The notes under the pieces are model-generated. The model searched no databases and was not told the origin of the DNA. It worked only from the letters and a program-made list of their open reading frames with translations. 64,000 bases of DNA, from positions 1,728,001-1,792,000 of the forward strand of contig OZ254086.1 in NCBI GenBank assembly GCA_965267575.1. The letters are read 5' to 3'. Positions 36,916 through 45,447 of the stretch are shown here, piece by piece. This DNA comes from Calditrichales bacterium. GTDB taxonomy: Bacteria; Calditrichota; Calditrichia; Calditrichales; J004. Within the stretch, counting starts at the first letter, position 1, and every line of letters starts with the position of its first letter. Position numbers and translations under genes: made by a program.

Positions 36916-38763
36916 ATGCTGCGTTGCGATATCGCCGGCACTATGTCGCGCTTGCTGGCACAGGAAGACACCGACAACGACAAGCGCATCACCATCGACG
37001 ATAAAGGTCCCAAACGCTTCGAGCTGAAGCCGGGCGACCGCACCATGACCGTCACCGGTACGTACCACCTCTCCAACCTGCTGCAAGAGCTAACCCTGGC
37101 CCGTGAATCCGGCCGCGATGAAATCAACCCCGACCATATATTTGAAAACCCGCTAAACCGCCTGGACCGCGTGATCCGCGAGCAGTTTTGGTCCGGCTTA
37201 ACGCGCTGCATGGACGAGGCGCATCTCGGACAGATCCTGCAGGATCCTAAAAGCCCTGATCCTGATAAGCTGATTTTATATGTGCCTTTCAACGATAAGG
37301 CCGCCTTCGATTTTTATACTCCCCTGCAAAAGCGCGTTGGTTTTCGCCTGGAACGGCTGCCCCAAAACGTGACGCCGCGGTATGTGAAATCACTCAATGA
37401 TGCTTTTGGTCTGCTTACGCTTGCTGCGGATAAAAATGACGGCAGCTATAAACCGCTGCCATTTGTCGTGCCCGGCGGACGCTTTAACGAGCTGTACGGC
37501 TGGGACAGTTATTTCATTAACCGCGGGCTGCTGCTGGACGGCAAAATCAGCCTGGCCAAAAATACGGTCGATCATTTTCTTTATGAGATCCGCCATTACG
37601 GCAAGATTCTCAATGCCAACCGCAGCTATTATCTTACCCGCACACAGCCGCCGTTTCTCACATCGATGATCCGCGAATTGTGGCCGCACCTGGCACCATC
37701 GGGAGAAAGCAGAGCATGGCTGAAAAACGCTTTGCTTACGGCTATTTACGAATACAAAACGGTCTGGATGGCGCCACCGAGGCTTACCGCCAACGGCCTG
37801 TCGCGCTACTATGGTGAAGGTATCGGCATGCCGCCGGAGCCGGAGCCCGGACATTTCGATCATGTGTTTGAACGCTTTGCCCGCGATAATGGCATCGATC
37901 CCGTTTCGCTCAAGGAGGATTATCTGGCGGGGCGGATAAAGCACCGCGGATTAGACGAGTTTTTTATCCATGACCGTAGTCTGCGCGAATCGGGACATGA
38001 TAATTCCTACCGAATAGCCGGGCGTTGCGCTAACCTTAACACGGTGGATTTAAACAGCCTTTTATACAAGTATGAATGTGATCTGGCTGATATGCTGGAG
38101 ACACATTTTGACGGTGTGCTGGAAAACGCAGGCAAAAAATATGAGGCCAAATATTTTCGCCAAACTGCTGAACAGCGCAGTGAGCGGATGCAATATTTTA
38201 TGTGGAATGAAGATGAAGCCCGGTTTTTTGATTACGATTTTGAGAAGGATATGCAGACCGGTTTTGAGAGCATCACTAACTTATATCCATTGTGGGCCGG
38301 TATGCTGACGCATGGACAGGCTGCCCGGGTGGTTGAGCGGGGTTTGCCGCTGTACGTGGAAAAAGGCGGGCTGGTTAGTACCACGGAAAAATCGCGCGGT
38401 CCATTGGGCGAAGGGCGAGTGGCCTACCAGTGGGATTATCCTAATGGCTGGGCGCCACACCAGATGCTGATATGGCAGGGTTTGCGCAAATACGGTTACG
38501 AAAGTGAAGCAAGCGATCTGGCCTACCGCTGGCTGCATACCATTGTACGTAACGCGGCGGATTACAACGGCACCGTTCCCGAAAAGTACGATGTTGTAGC
38601 CTGCAGCCACAAAGTATTCGCCGAATACGGCAATGTTGGCACCGATTTCAGCTACATCACCCGCGAAGGTTTTGGCTGGATGAATGCCAGTTTTAAGGAA
38701 GGGCTGAGCTTGTTGGATGCCGGCCAGAAGAAAAAGCTGCGGCATATAGGTTTACCGGAGTAG
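36916..38763 (+). CDS. GH37 neutral trehalase with N-terminal Ca-binding motif
   Basis: EDTDNDKRITIDD; PGGRFNELYGWDSY; NANRSYYLTRTQPP; RESGHD; QWDYPNGWAPHQ; EKYD; EGFGWMN. Confidence 0.93.
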   Translation: MLRCDIAGTMSRLLAQEDTDNDKRITIDDKGPKRFELKPGDRTMTVTGTYHLSNLLQELTLARESGRDEINPDHIFENPLNRLDRVIREQFWSGLTRCMDEAHLGQILQDPKSPDPDKLILYVPFNDKAAFDFYTPLQKRVGFRLERLPQNVTPRYVKSLNDAFGLLTLAADKNDGSYKPLPFVVPGGRFNELYGWDSYFINRGLLLDGKISLAKNTVDHFLYEIRHYGKILNANRSYYLTRTQPPFLTSMIRELWPHLAPSGESRAWLKNALLTAIYEYKTVWMAPPRLTANGLSRYYGEGIGMPPEPEPGHFDHVFERFARDNGIDPVSLKEDYLAGRIKHRGLDEFFIHDRSLRESGHDNSYRIAGRCANLNTVDLNSLLYKYECDLADMLETHFDGVLENAGKKYEAKYFRQTAEQRSERMQYFMWNEDEARFFDYDFEKDMQTGFESITNLYPLWAGMLTHGQAARVVERGLPLYVEKGGLVSTTEKSRGPLGEGRVAYQWDYPNGWAPHQMLIWQGLRKYGYESEASDLAYRWLHTIVRNAADYNGTVPEKYDVVACSHKVFAEYGNVGTDFSYITREGFGWMNASFKEGLSLLDAGQKKKLRHIGLPE

Positions 38764-38846
38764 CCGGACATCCTTATTACTTTACTACTCATTCTCATTA
38801 TCTTTATCTTTTTTTATACTGGAATACCCCGCTTGCTCAAAACACC

Positions 38847-38875
38847 TTGACCGCCTTCGGCAAACAGGCTAAACT
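38847..38875 (+). promoter_or_regulatory. sigma70-type promoter
   Basis: TTGACC-N17-TAAACT. Confidence 0.5.
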
Positions 38876-38887
38876 GCGTAACAGAAA

Positions 38888-40234
38888 ATGATAATGATTA
38901 GGATAATGAAAAAGATAGCCGTTGCGATTTTTTTTATGCTGTTTGTCTTTTGCAGCGAGCAGCCGACCTACCCGCCGGAGAACGGCAACGTGGATCCTGC
39001 CGCCATGCTAACAGTAAGCGACACCGGCCTGACAAGGCTGGGCCTTCGCCTGCAATTGCAGAACGCCCACCTGCCGACACTGGCCGCGCTGACCCGCGCC
39101 AATGTTAAAGACACGCTGCACGACACCCTACTTTTCAGCCATACACTGACCGGCAGCGACACCGCCTTCTACGACGATAATTTGCAGCCCAACGAAAATT
39201 ACCGCTACGAGCTGTGGCTGGCCAAAGACAGCACGCAACAGCAATGGTACCGCTTTGCCTTTAACCGCGGCACCATGGATACCACCGGCCACAACTTTAG
39301 CTGGCAGGTGTACGAATTTGGCGGCGCCGGCGGCAGCAGCTACCTGAACGACGTGGCTATTGTAGATGAAAACAACATCTGGGCCGTTGGCCGGATAAGC
39401 GTGGCCGACTCCGCCGGTGAAGTTGAGACGTACAACGCGGTGCATTGGGATGGGGAGAAATGGGAGTTGGTTAAGATCGAAGTGGCCACATCATTTGGCA
39501 CGAAAATAATTGGTGAACTGCGAGCCATCTATGCTAATGGTGGAGAGGATATTTGGGGCTTTTCGGTTCAAGGCTCTTATGTGCACTTCGACGGTTTGAG
39601 ATGGACAACATCATTCGTTGAGCAAAGACAAGGAACCATTAACCGTATTTGGGCTTCGGATGAGAATAATGTCTACTTCGTTGGAACCAACGGAAATATC
39701 ACCCACTACGACGGGCAAAGCTGGACGAAGCTGGAAAGCGGAACGGAACTGGATATTCAGGATATCTGGGGAGCAAATAATCCGCTATCCGGGGAAACGA
39801 AAATATTGGCCGTTGCTTCAAACCGGACACGCAATGAGGGCCGCGAACTGCTGCAGATAAAAGACGATCATGTAAACAAACTAAACACAACAGGATTGTC
39901 CTGGAGCCTTCGGAGTGTCTGGTTTTATCCGCACAAACGTTATGTTATTTGCGGAGACGGTATATATATGCGGCCGGATTTGGTGGGAGACTGGCAACGT
40001 GATGAAACCTTTCCTTCCCTGTATAAAGATGCCGTAAGAGGTGTACATATAAATAATATCGCTGTTGCCGGTTCTTTCGGTTTGCTTTCCCATTTTAACG
40101 GCAATACCTGGCGCCACTATACACGGGGTGACATAATCGACGCTGAATACAACGCCGTAGATATTTCCGAAGAGACGATTGTGGCTGTGGGCAACTATGG
40201 TAGCTTAGCCATAATCACCCTGGGATCAAGATGA
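38888..40234 (+). CDS. Putative lipoprotein with beta-propeller-like repeats (start may be ATG 38906)
   Basis: MKKIAVAIFFMLFVFC signal with Cys; repeated IWAVG/HWDGEKW, HFDGLRW, HYDGQSW, HFNGNTW blades. Confidence 0.7.
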   Translation: MIMIRIMKKIAVAIFFMLFVFCSEQPTYPPENGNVDPAAMLTVSDTGLTRLGLRLQLQNAHLPTLAALTRANVKDTLHDTLLFSHTLTGSDTAFYDDNLQPNENYRYELWLAKDSTQQQWYRFAFNRGTMDTTGHNFSWQVYEFGGAGGSSYLNDVAIVDENNIWAVGRISVADSAGEVETYNAVHWDGEKWELVKIEVATSFGTKIIGELRAIYANGGEDIWGFSVQGSYVHFDGLRWTTSFVEQRQGTINRIWASDENNVYFVGTNGNITHYDGQSWTKLESGTELDIQDIWGANNPLSGETKILAVASNRTRNEGRELLQIKDDHVNKLNTTGLSWSLRSVWFYPHKRYVICGDGIYMRPDLVGDWQRDETFPSLYKDAVRGVHINNIAVAGSFGLLSHFNGNTWRHYTRGDIIDAEYNAVDISEETIVAVGNYGSLAIITLGSR

Positions 40235-40334
40235 AGATTGGGGTTGCACCAAGAAGGCTCCCGTGCCGGAGCCGCAAAACGGTTGTTAATCTAATGCTTA
40301 TCTCGATAGAATGAAAAATTCAGATACAAAACCC

Positions 40335-41066
40335 TTAGCGTATATGCCTGCCGCCATCTACGGGGATCTCAGCGCCGGTGATGTAGTCACTTTCGCAGAG
40401 GAAGCGCACGGTTTGGGCAATATCTTCGGCGCTGCCTTCACGCTGCAGCAACGTAGCCTTTACGGCTCGCTCGCGCTGACTCTTATCGTAATCTTCCGGC
40501 AATAATACAGGACCGGGGTTGACGCAATTTACCAGAACTTCCGGCGCCAGCGCCTTGGCCAGCCCGATGGTCATACTGTTGACCGCGGCTTTGGTCATGG
40601 TGTAGGGGATGTAATCCGGCCAGGGCGAACGGAAATTTGTATCGCCGATATTAACAATCCGGCCGTTGCCGTTTTTTTTCATCCAGGCGCCCATCTCCTG
40701 CGACATAAAAAAAGCCGCTTTGCTGTTCAGCTCATGGAAAGTGTGCCAGTCTTTTTCAGTCGCTTCACCAATAGGTGTGGGGTAAAACAGGGCTGCGTTA
40801 TTAACCAGGATATCGATGCGCGAAAAAAGCTTCAGGCAGGCTTCACGGATTTGCCCGGGCGCCTCCTTCTCGCGGATATCGGCCTGCATGATTTCGCAGG
40901 TCCCCTCCGCCGTAATGATCTCATCGCGCAGAGATCTGGCCTCGTCCGCGCTGGAATGATAAACGCACAGCACGGCTGCTCCTGCATTGGCCAGCTCCAG
41001 CGAAATGGCCCGCCCCAGACGCACCGCGCCGCCCGTTACGATTGCCGCCTTACCATTCAAATTCAT
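40335..41066 (-). CDS. SDR oxidoreductase (pteridine reductase-like)
   Basis: TGGAVRLG, LVNNA, YTMTK, VNPGPVL, IPVDGG. Confidence 0.9.
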   Translation of the reverse strand: MNLNGKAAIVTGGAVRLGRAISLELANAGAAVLCVYHSSADEARSLRDEIITAEGTCEIMQADIREKEAPGQIREACLKLFSRIDILVNNAALFYPTPIGEATEKDWHTFHELNSKAAFFMSQEMGAWMKKNGNGRIVNIGDTNFRSPWPDYIPYTMTKAAVNSMTIGLAKALAPEVLVNCVNPGPVLLPEDYDKSQRERAVKATLLQREGSAEDIAQTVRFLCESDYITGAEIPVDGGRHIR

Positions 41067-41692
41067 ACCATCTCCCGGATAAAAGGGTTATGCACCCGCT
41101 CCCGCCCAATGCTTGTCTGCGGGCCGTGACCGGGATAAACGATGATATCATCATCCAGAGGCATCAGTTTGGTTTTGATGGAATCGATCAGTTGGTTATA
41201 ATCGCCCATAAACAGGTCCGTACGGCCGATGGAATCGTAGAACAGTACATCGCCGCTGATGACGAAGCTGTCGAACAGGAAGCAGATACTGCCGGGACTG
41301 TGGCCGGGAGCGAGCAGTAATTTGAATGCCTGATTACCAAATTCATAGGTCTGACCTTCCTCTAGAAAGGAGGTGACCGACGGAGGTTCGGCGCAATCGA
41401 GGCCAAACATGGCCGACTGCTGGCGCATGGAATCCAAAAGCGGCTGTTCTTCTTTGGCCAGGTAAAAGGGCAGGTCGTGACGGCGCTGCATATCGCCGGC
41501 AAAACGCACATGATCAATATGGGCGTGGGTATTGTAAATGGCCTGCGGCTTCAGATTGTGTGCGTTCATGAATTCTTCGATTCGCAGGATGTCGTCGCCC
41601 GGGTCAAACAGCAGGCAAGGGCCGCCCTCCTGTTCATAAACAACGTAGGCGTTCATCTGAAACGGCCCTACAGTAATACATTCAACGTGCAT
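41063..41692 (-). CDS. MBL-fold metallo-hydrolase (GloC/YcbL-like)
   Basis: THAHIDH, PGHSPG, SGDVLF, GRTD, PGHG; SD aggag before ATG 41692. Confidence 0.92.
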   Translation of the reverse strand: MHVECITVGPFQMNAYVVYEQEGGPCLLFDPGDDILRIEEFMNAHNLKPQAIYNTHAHIDHVRFAGDMQRRHDLPFYLAKEEQPLLDSMRQQSAMFGLDCAEPPSVTSFLEEGQTYEFGNQAFKLLLAPGHSPGSICFLFDSFVISGDVLFYDSIGRTDLFMGDYNQLIDSIKTKLMPLDDDIIVYPGHGPQTSIGRERVHNPFIREMV

Positions 41693-41708
41693 GGAAACTC
41701 CTTTGACA

Positions 41709-42833
41709 ATGGTCTTCAATTTAAACGATTGTATAAAACGATTCAAAAAGACCCTTTGGCTGCTGCTTATGCTTTTTTGCCTGCCGCTGGCCGCCGATGA
41801 GCTGGAAACCCGCGACGGCAGGTTTTTCTACGGTCAGCTTGTACGTGTATATGATGAACGCGTTGAGCTGTTGATGATCGAGCCGGATACGTTGCAACTG
41901 GTTGAGCGCGCCTTTCCCCGTAAAGGCCTGAAACAGGTAACGGACGAAAGCGGCACAGCGTTGATGCGCGACGGCATGTTGTTGGTCGAAGACCCGTTGA
42001 GCTATTACCGGCCGCTGCGCAACAATTGGGAGTTTCTGCGCAAACAGGTGGTGGACAGCCTGCCGGACAGCGTCCGTTTTGAAACGGGGCAATGGCGTAA
42101 AGGTACGATTGTATCACTGGATGAAGAGGCGTTGTTCCTGGAAAAAGACAGCCTGGATAACAACGGCAAGATCGTTGTGGACAAGATTGCCCTGGCCGAT
42201 CTGCGCCGGGTAAACGGCTATGCTGTAAGAAAAATAGGTCAGGCTTATTACTGGCCCGATGAAAAGGAGCTTGAGTATAAATGGGAGCTTGAACTCGGCG
42301 CCGATGCCAGGCTGATACCTTCCCGCGAAATCGAAACTCTTTTTGCCCGCGCTTACGAAGGCGCCGGTCTAAACGTGGAGCCCAAAAACCGTCCTGCTTC
42401 GGTCAGTGGTCTGTACGCGGCAACGCACCTGAATCTTGCGCGGCGTTGGCAGTTGCTGCTTTCGCTGCATTACAGCGCCGCCGATGAGGCCAACCGCCTT
42501 ACGCGCAGCGCCGCGGCCCTGCGCTATAAAATCCTGAATGGCACCTTTTCTGCCGGACTGCGCGCCGGAGTGGTTTTTGGCGCCTGGCGTTTTGCCGGGC
42601 GTGACATCGAAATGGAAGAAGACTTTGAATGGCGAGGCAGTGCCGCCGGCATTCTGCTTGGCGCGGACCTGGAATGGCAGCTTTCTCCCGCATACGGATT
42701 ACGCCTGACGGCGGAACACGAGTTAAACGGCAAACGCGATGTGGACTTTGAAAATAATGATGTGATCGCCTCCACCTCTTCCATTAGCTGGGATCCTACC
42801 CGGCTGGCGCTGGGACTCGTTTTTTACTTCTGA
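41709..42833 (+). CDS. Hypothetical outer-membrane protein (two small repeated beta domains plus C-terminal barrel); start uncertain
   Basis: Signal-like KRFKKTLWLLLMLFCLPLAA; repeats DELETRDGRFFYGQLV and DSVRFETGQWRKGTIV; ends LALGLVFYF. Confidence 0.6.
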   Translation: MVFNLNDCIKRFKKTLWLLLMLFCLPLAADELETRDGRFFYGQLVRVYDERVELLMIEPDTLQLVERAFPRKGLKQVTDESGTALMRDGMLLVEDPLSYYRPLRNNWEFLRKQVVDSLPDSVRFETGQWRKGTIVSLDEEALFLEKDSLDNNGKIVVDKIALADLRRVNGYAVRKIGQAYYWPDEKELEYKWELELGADARLIPSREIETLFARAYEGAGLNVEPKNRPASVSGLYAATHLNLARRWQLLLSLHYSAADEANRLTRSAAALRYKILNGTFSAGLRAGVVFGAWRFAGRDIEMEEDFEWRGSAAGILLGADLEWQLSPAYGLRLTAEHELNGKRDVDFENNDVIASTSSISWDPTRLALGLVFYF

Positions 42834-43351
42834 TTCATCGCTTTCAGGTAGCGCTCGCTTATTACCTTCATGTGATGAATGAGGTGGCCGGCAATGATGT
42901 AGCCGATAGCGCGGACCGTGAACGGGTTTTTGTTGGCCTTACCTTTTTTCTTCATCATCTTGTCATCAAAGGAAGAGAAAAGCGCAATCGTAGCGCGCCG
43001 GCAGTTGTAGAAGAGCTCTATAAGCTGGCCCAATTCCATTTGATCATAGCGGCTGTTTTTTACATAATCGTCTTCTTCAAAGCCGGGAAAATCGGTTTTA
43101 TCCCCGCGACTGGTACCAAGAGCTCGGTAGCAAAAAACAAGTTCCACGTCCACCAGGTGGCCAATCACTTCGCGGATGCTCCACTTTCCTTTATCATAGC
43201 GGAACGATGCCTGATCGTTATTGATCTGGGCGAAGAACGCGCCGAACTGCTGGTTCTGTTTATACAGCACATCAAGCAGCGGCTCTTTTGGTACAAGCTT
43301 AATATATTTCTGATAATATTCTGCGGCTTCTCCGGCTGCGGGACGATCCAT
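42824..43351 (-). CDS. DinB family protein
   Basis: RYDKGKWSIREVIGHLVDVE, PGFEEDDY, IAGHLIHH; SD aggag. Confidence 0.9.
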   Translation of the reverse strand: MDRPAAGEAAEYYQKYIKLVPKEPLLDVLYKQNQQFGAFFAQINNDQASFRYDKGKWSIREVIGHLVDVELVFCYRALGTSRGDKTDFPGFEEDDYVKNSRYDQMELGQLIELFYNCRRATIALFSSFDDKMMKKKGKANKNPFTVRAIGYIIAGHLIHHMKVISERYLKAMNQK

Positions 43352-43576
43352 AAAATTTCCTCCTTTTTTTTATTATTTCTTCAAAATGATAGCCTTGGTT
43401 AAACAAAAATTCTTCGCTTTACTCAGAATGACAGGGCCGGGCATGAATGAAAATTGTGTTACTTCTTTTTTTGCCGGCATGAAAGGGCAAAGCTACAAAA
43501 ACAAAGAATCGGCGCAAGTGATTTGAACGCAAGCTTTGGCGGCTTTAATTTTAGAACTTATCAAAAAAGGAAATTC

Positions 43577-44140
43577 ATGTTCGTTTTCATACTGCTGATC
43601 TCTGTGCTGGCTGCCGTTTTTGTGCTCTCCTGCGATTACGAACTACGCCTGGAAAAATCCGGACAGTCCGGTTATGGTTTTTATTCAATGGCCGTTTCCG
43701 TGCTTTTTTCAGCTCTCTTTCTGGTCCTCCCAACCTATTGGGACGGATTCGTTATTGCCCAGATTTTTTTGGGAACAATCTTTATACTTTTTTGCTTTTT
43801 ACTGCTCACCATGTTGCCGGCGGAATTATTGCCGCTTAAGCTGGCGGAGGGTATCTGCTTTAGGATTTATCTTCCGTTTTGCGCGCTGGTGGCCGGCATT
43901 AGCGGCATTGGCCTGGTGCAGGCTCTTATTGCCGTTTTAACATTCGCTGTATTACGGATTGCGTTAAGGCCCATATGGCCGCGCTTTCTGGAAATGTTGT
44001 TTAAAAGCAGGCAAAATGTGAAGGAATTATTAGAACTCAACCGGCAGTTGCTGGGTATATTTACTTTCATACTCGGAATGGTGATTGCCACAGACCGGGT
44101 TCGGTTTATCGAAAATTTTGTAAAATGGTTGTTTAATTGA
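43577..44140 (+). CDS. Membrane protein, possibly a divergent CcdA/DsbD-beta
   Basis: About 6 TM; Cys at the end of TM1 (VLSC) and mid-protein (LPFC); CcdA-like C-terminus; directly upstream of a TlpA. Confidence 0.45.
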   Translation: MFVFILLISVLAAVFVLSCDYELRLEKSGQSGYGFYSMAVSVLFSALFLVLPTYWDGFVIAQIFLGTIFILFCFLLLTMLPAELLPLKLAEGICFRIYLPFCALVAGISGIGLVQALIAVLTFAVLRIALRPIWPRFLEMLFKSRQNVKELLELNRQLLGIFTFILGMVIATDRVRFIENFVKWLFN

Positions 44141-44151
44141 AAGGAGTAATT

Positions 44152-44616
44152 ATGCGAATCATGCGTTGGACGCTGGGCTTGTTAATACTATTTGCCGCTT
44201 TTGCAGTGGCCAAAGACGCGCCCGATTTTACCTTCAAATCGCTGGAAGGCGGGGAAGTATCTCTCTCCGATTATAAAGGCAAGGTGGTTATGGTGAATTT
44301 CTGGGCGACATGGTGCGGCCCGTGCATTAAAGAGATGCCCGATCTGGAGAAACTGCAGCAGGCTTATAAAGACGAGGGCCTTCAGATTCTCGGGTTGACT
44401 GTTTCTTCTAAAGAAAAAGATATACCGGGCAAGGTGAAATCTACCGGTGTAACCTACCCGATTTTGCTGAATGCCGAGCCTGCGGTTGCCAAATTCGGCG
44501 GATTCAATTCCATCCCGCAGACATTTATCATTAACCGCGAGGGCAAGATCGTTAAGCAGATTACCGGTACGCGTCCCTATGAAGCGTTTGAAAAAGAGAT
44601 AAAGCCGCTGTTGTAA
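44152..44616 (+). CDS. TlpA/ResA family thiol-disulfide reductase
   Basis: Signal peptide, APDFT, NFWATWCGPC, IPQTFIINREG; SD aaggag. Confidence 0.93.
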   Translation: MRIMRWTLGLLILFAAFAVAKDAPDFTFKSLEGGEVSLSDYKGKVVMVNFWATWCGPCIKEMPDLEKLQQAYKDEGLQILGLTVSSKEKDIPGKVKSTGVTYPILLNAEPAVAKFGGFNSIPQTFIINREGKIVKQITGTRPYEAFEKEIKPLL

Positions 44617-44634
44617 TAATTTTTGTTCTAAGAT

Positions 44635-44665
44635 AAAGGCCGTCTTTTTTAAGGCGGCCTTTTTT
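44635..44665 (+). terminator. Intrinsic terminator
   Basis: aaaggccgtctt-tttt-aaggcggccttt with T run. Confidence 0.8.
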
Positions 44666-44731
44666 ATTTGGCCGCGGTGGAAGAAAAGATCATAATCACA
44701 ATCAGGATGAAGTCTAGAGGATGCGGAAAAA

Positions 44732-44760
44732 TGGATACGGATTGGACTGGGTGATATATT
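44732..44760 (+). promoter_or_regulatory. Extended -10 promoter that would give a leaderless transcript
   Basis: TGGATA-N17-TATATT with TGn; 6 nt separate the -10 from ATG 44767. Confidence 0.5.
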
Positions 44761-44766
44761 GAATCC

Positions 44767-45441
44767 ATGCAGCACATTAAAATAGATCCGGCAGCGGAGA
44801 CAAAATTAAGCGGCGTAAAGCTGGCCGCACTGCGTGGAACGGGCATGCGCGTGGTAAAGGACGGTTACAACTTCGAGGTAATGGTAGAAAACACCGCGGC
44901 CGAAATAAATAAACGATTTGCCGAGCAGCCGATTTCGTCCGATCCGGTGGTGAGTGCGGTGCGCCGCATGTACCGGGTTGTGGGTTGGGAGCCTACAAAA
45001 TACCGCCCGTCCTCTGAGGCGATGGTGCGTCGTCTGCTCAAAGGACAGGGTTTGTACAGCATCAATAACCTGGTGGATTTGCTGAATATTGTATCGTTGA
45101 GTTTTCGCCTGCCTGCCGGATTGTATGATACGGAGAAGATTGCCGGGCAGCCCGAATTGGGTGTTGGGAGGGGTGGTGAAAGCTATGAAGGCCTGAGCAA
45201 GAAATTGATCCATGCCGAAGGCAAAATTATTCTCAGGGACGATGCCGGTGTATTTGGCAACCCGACGGCGGATTCCCGGCGCACGGCCATAAGCGAAAAT
45301 ACAAACAATATCCTTGCGCTGTTTTTTGTACCACAGGGGGTAGATACGCCCTACATCGAAAAGATGATAGAGCAGCTTCGTTCCTATTATCAGCCTTTTT
45401 GCGACGGCACTATGCAAACATCCGTTCAGGGTATCGGCTAA
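44767..45441 (+). CDS. Stand-alone B3/B4 domain protein (PheRS beta editing domain-like)
   Basis: PTKYRPSSEAMVRR, INNLVDLLNIVS, GLYD, DDAGVFGNPTADS.RT. Confidence 0.88.
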   Translation: MQHIKIDPAAETKLSGVKLAALRGTGMRVVKDGYNFEVMVENTAAEINKRFAEQPISSDPVVSAVRRMYRVVGWEPTKYRPSSEAMVRRLLKGQGLYSINNLVDLLNIVSLSFRLPAGLYDTEKIAGQPELGVGRGGESYEGLSKKLIHAEGKIILRDDAGVFGNPTADSRRTAISENTNNILALFFVPQGVDTPYIEKMIEQLRSYYQPFCDGTMQTSVQGIG

Positions 45442-45447
45442 AAGCCG

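Noticed and set aside
36909-37004. Frameshifted trehalase start at the TGATG overlap
   Set aside because: In-frame ATG 36916 gives a complete protein; no slippery site is needed
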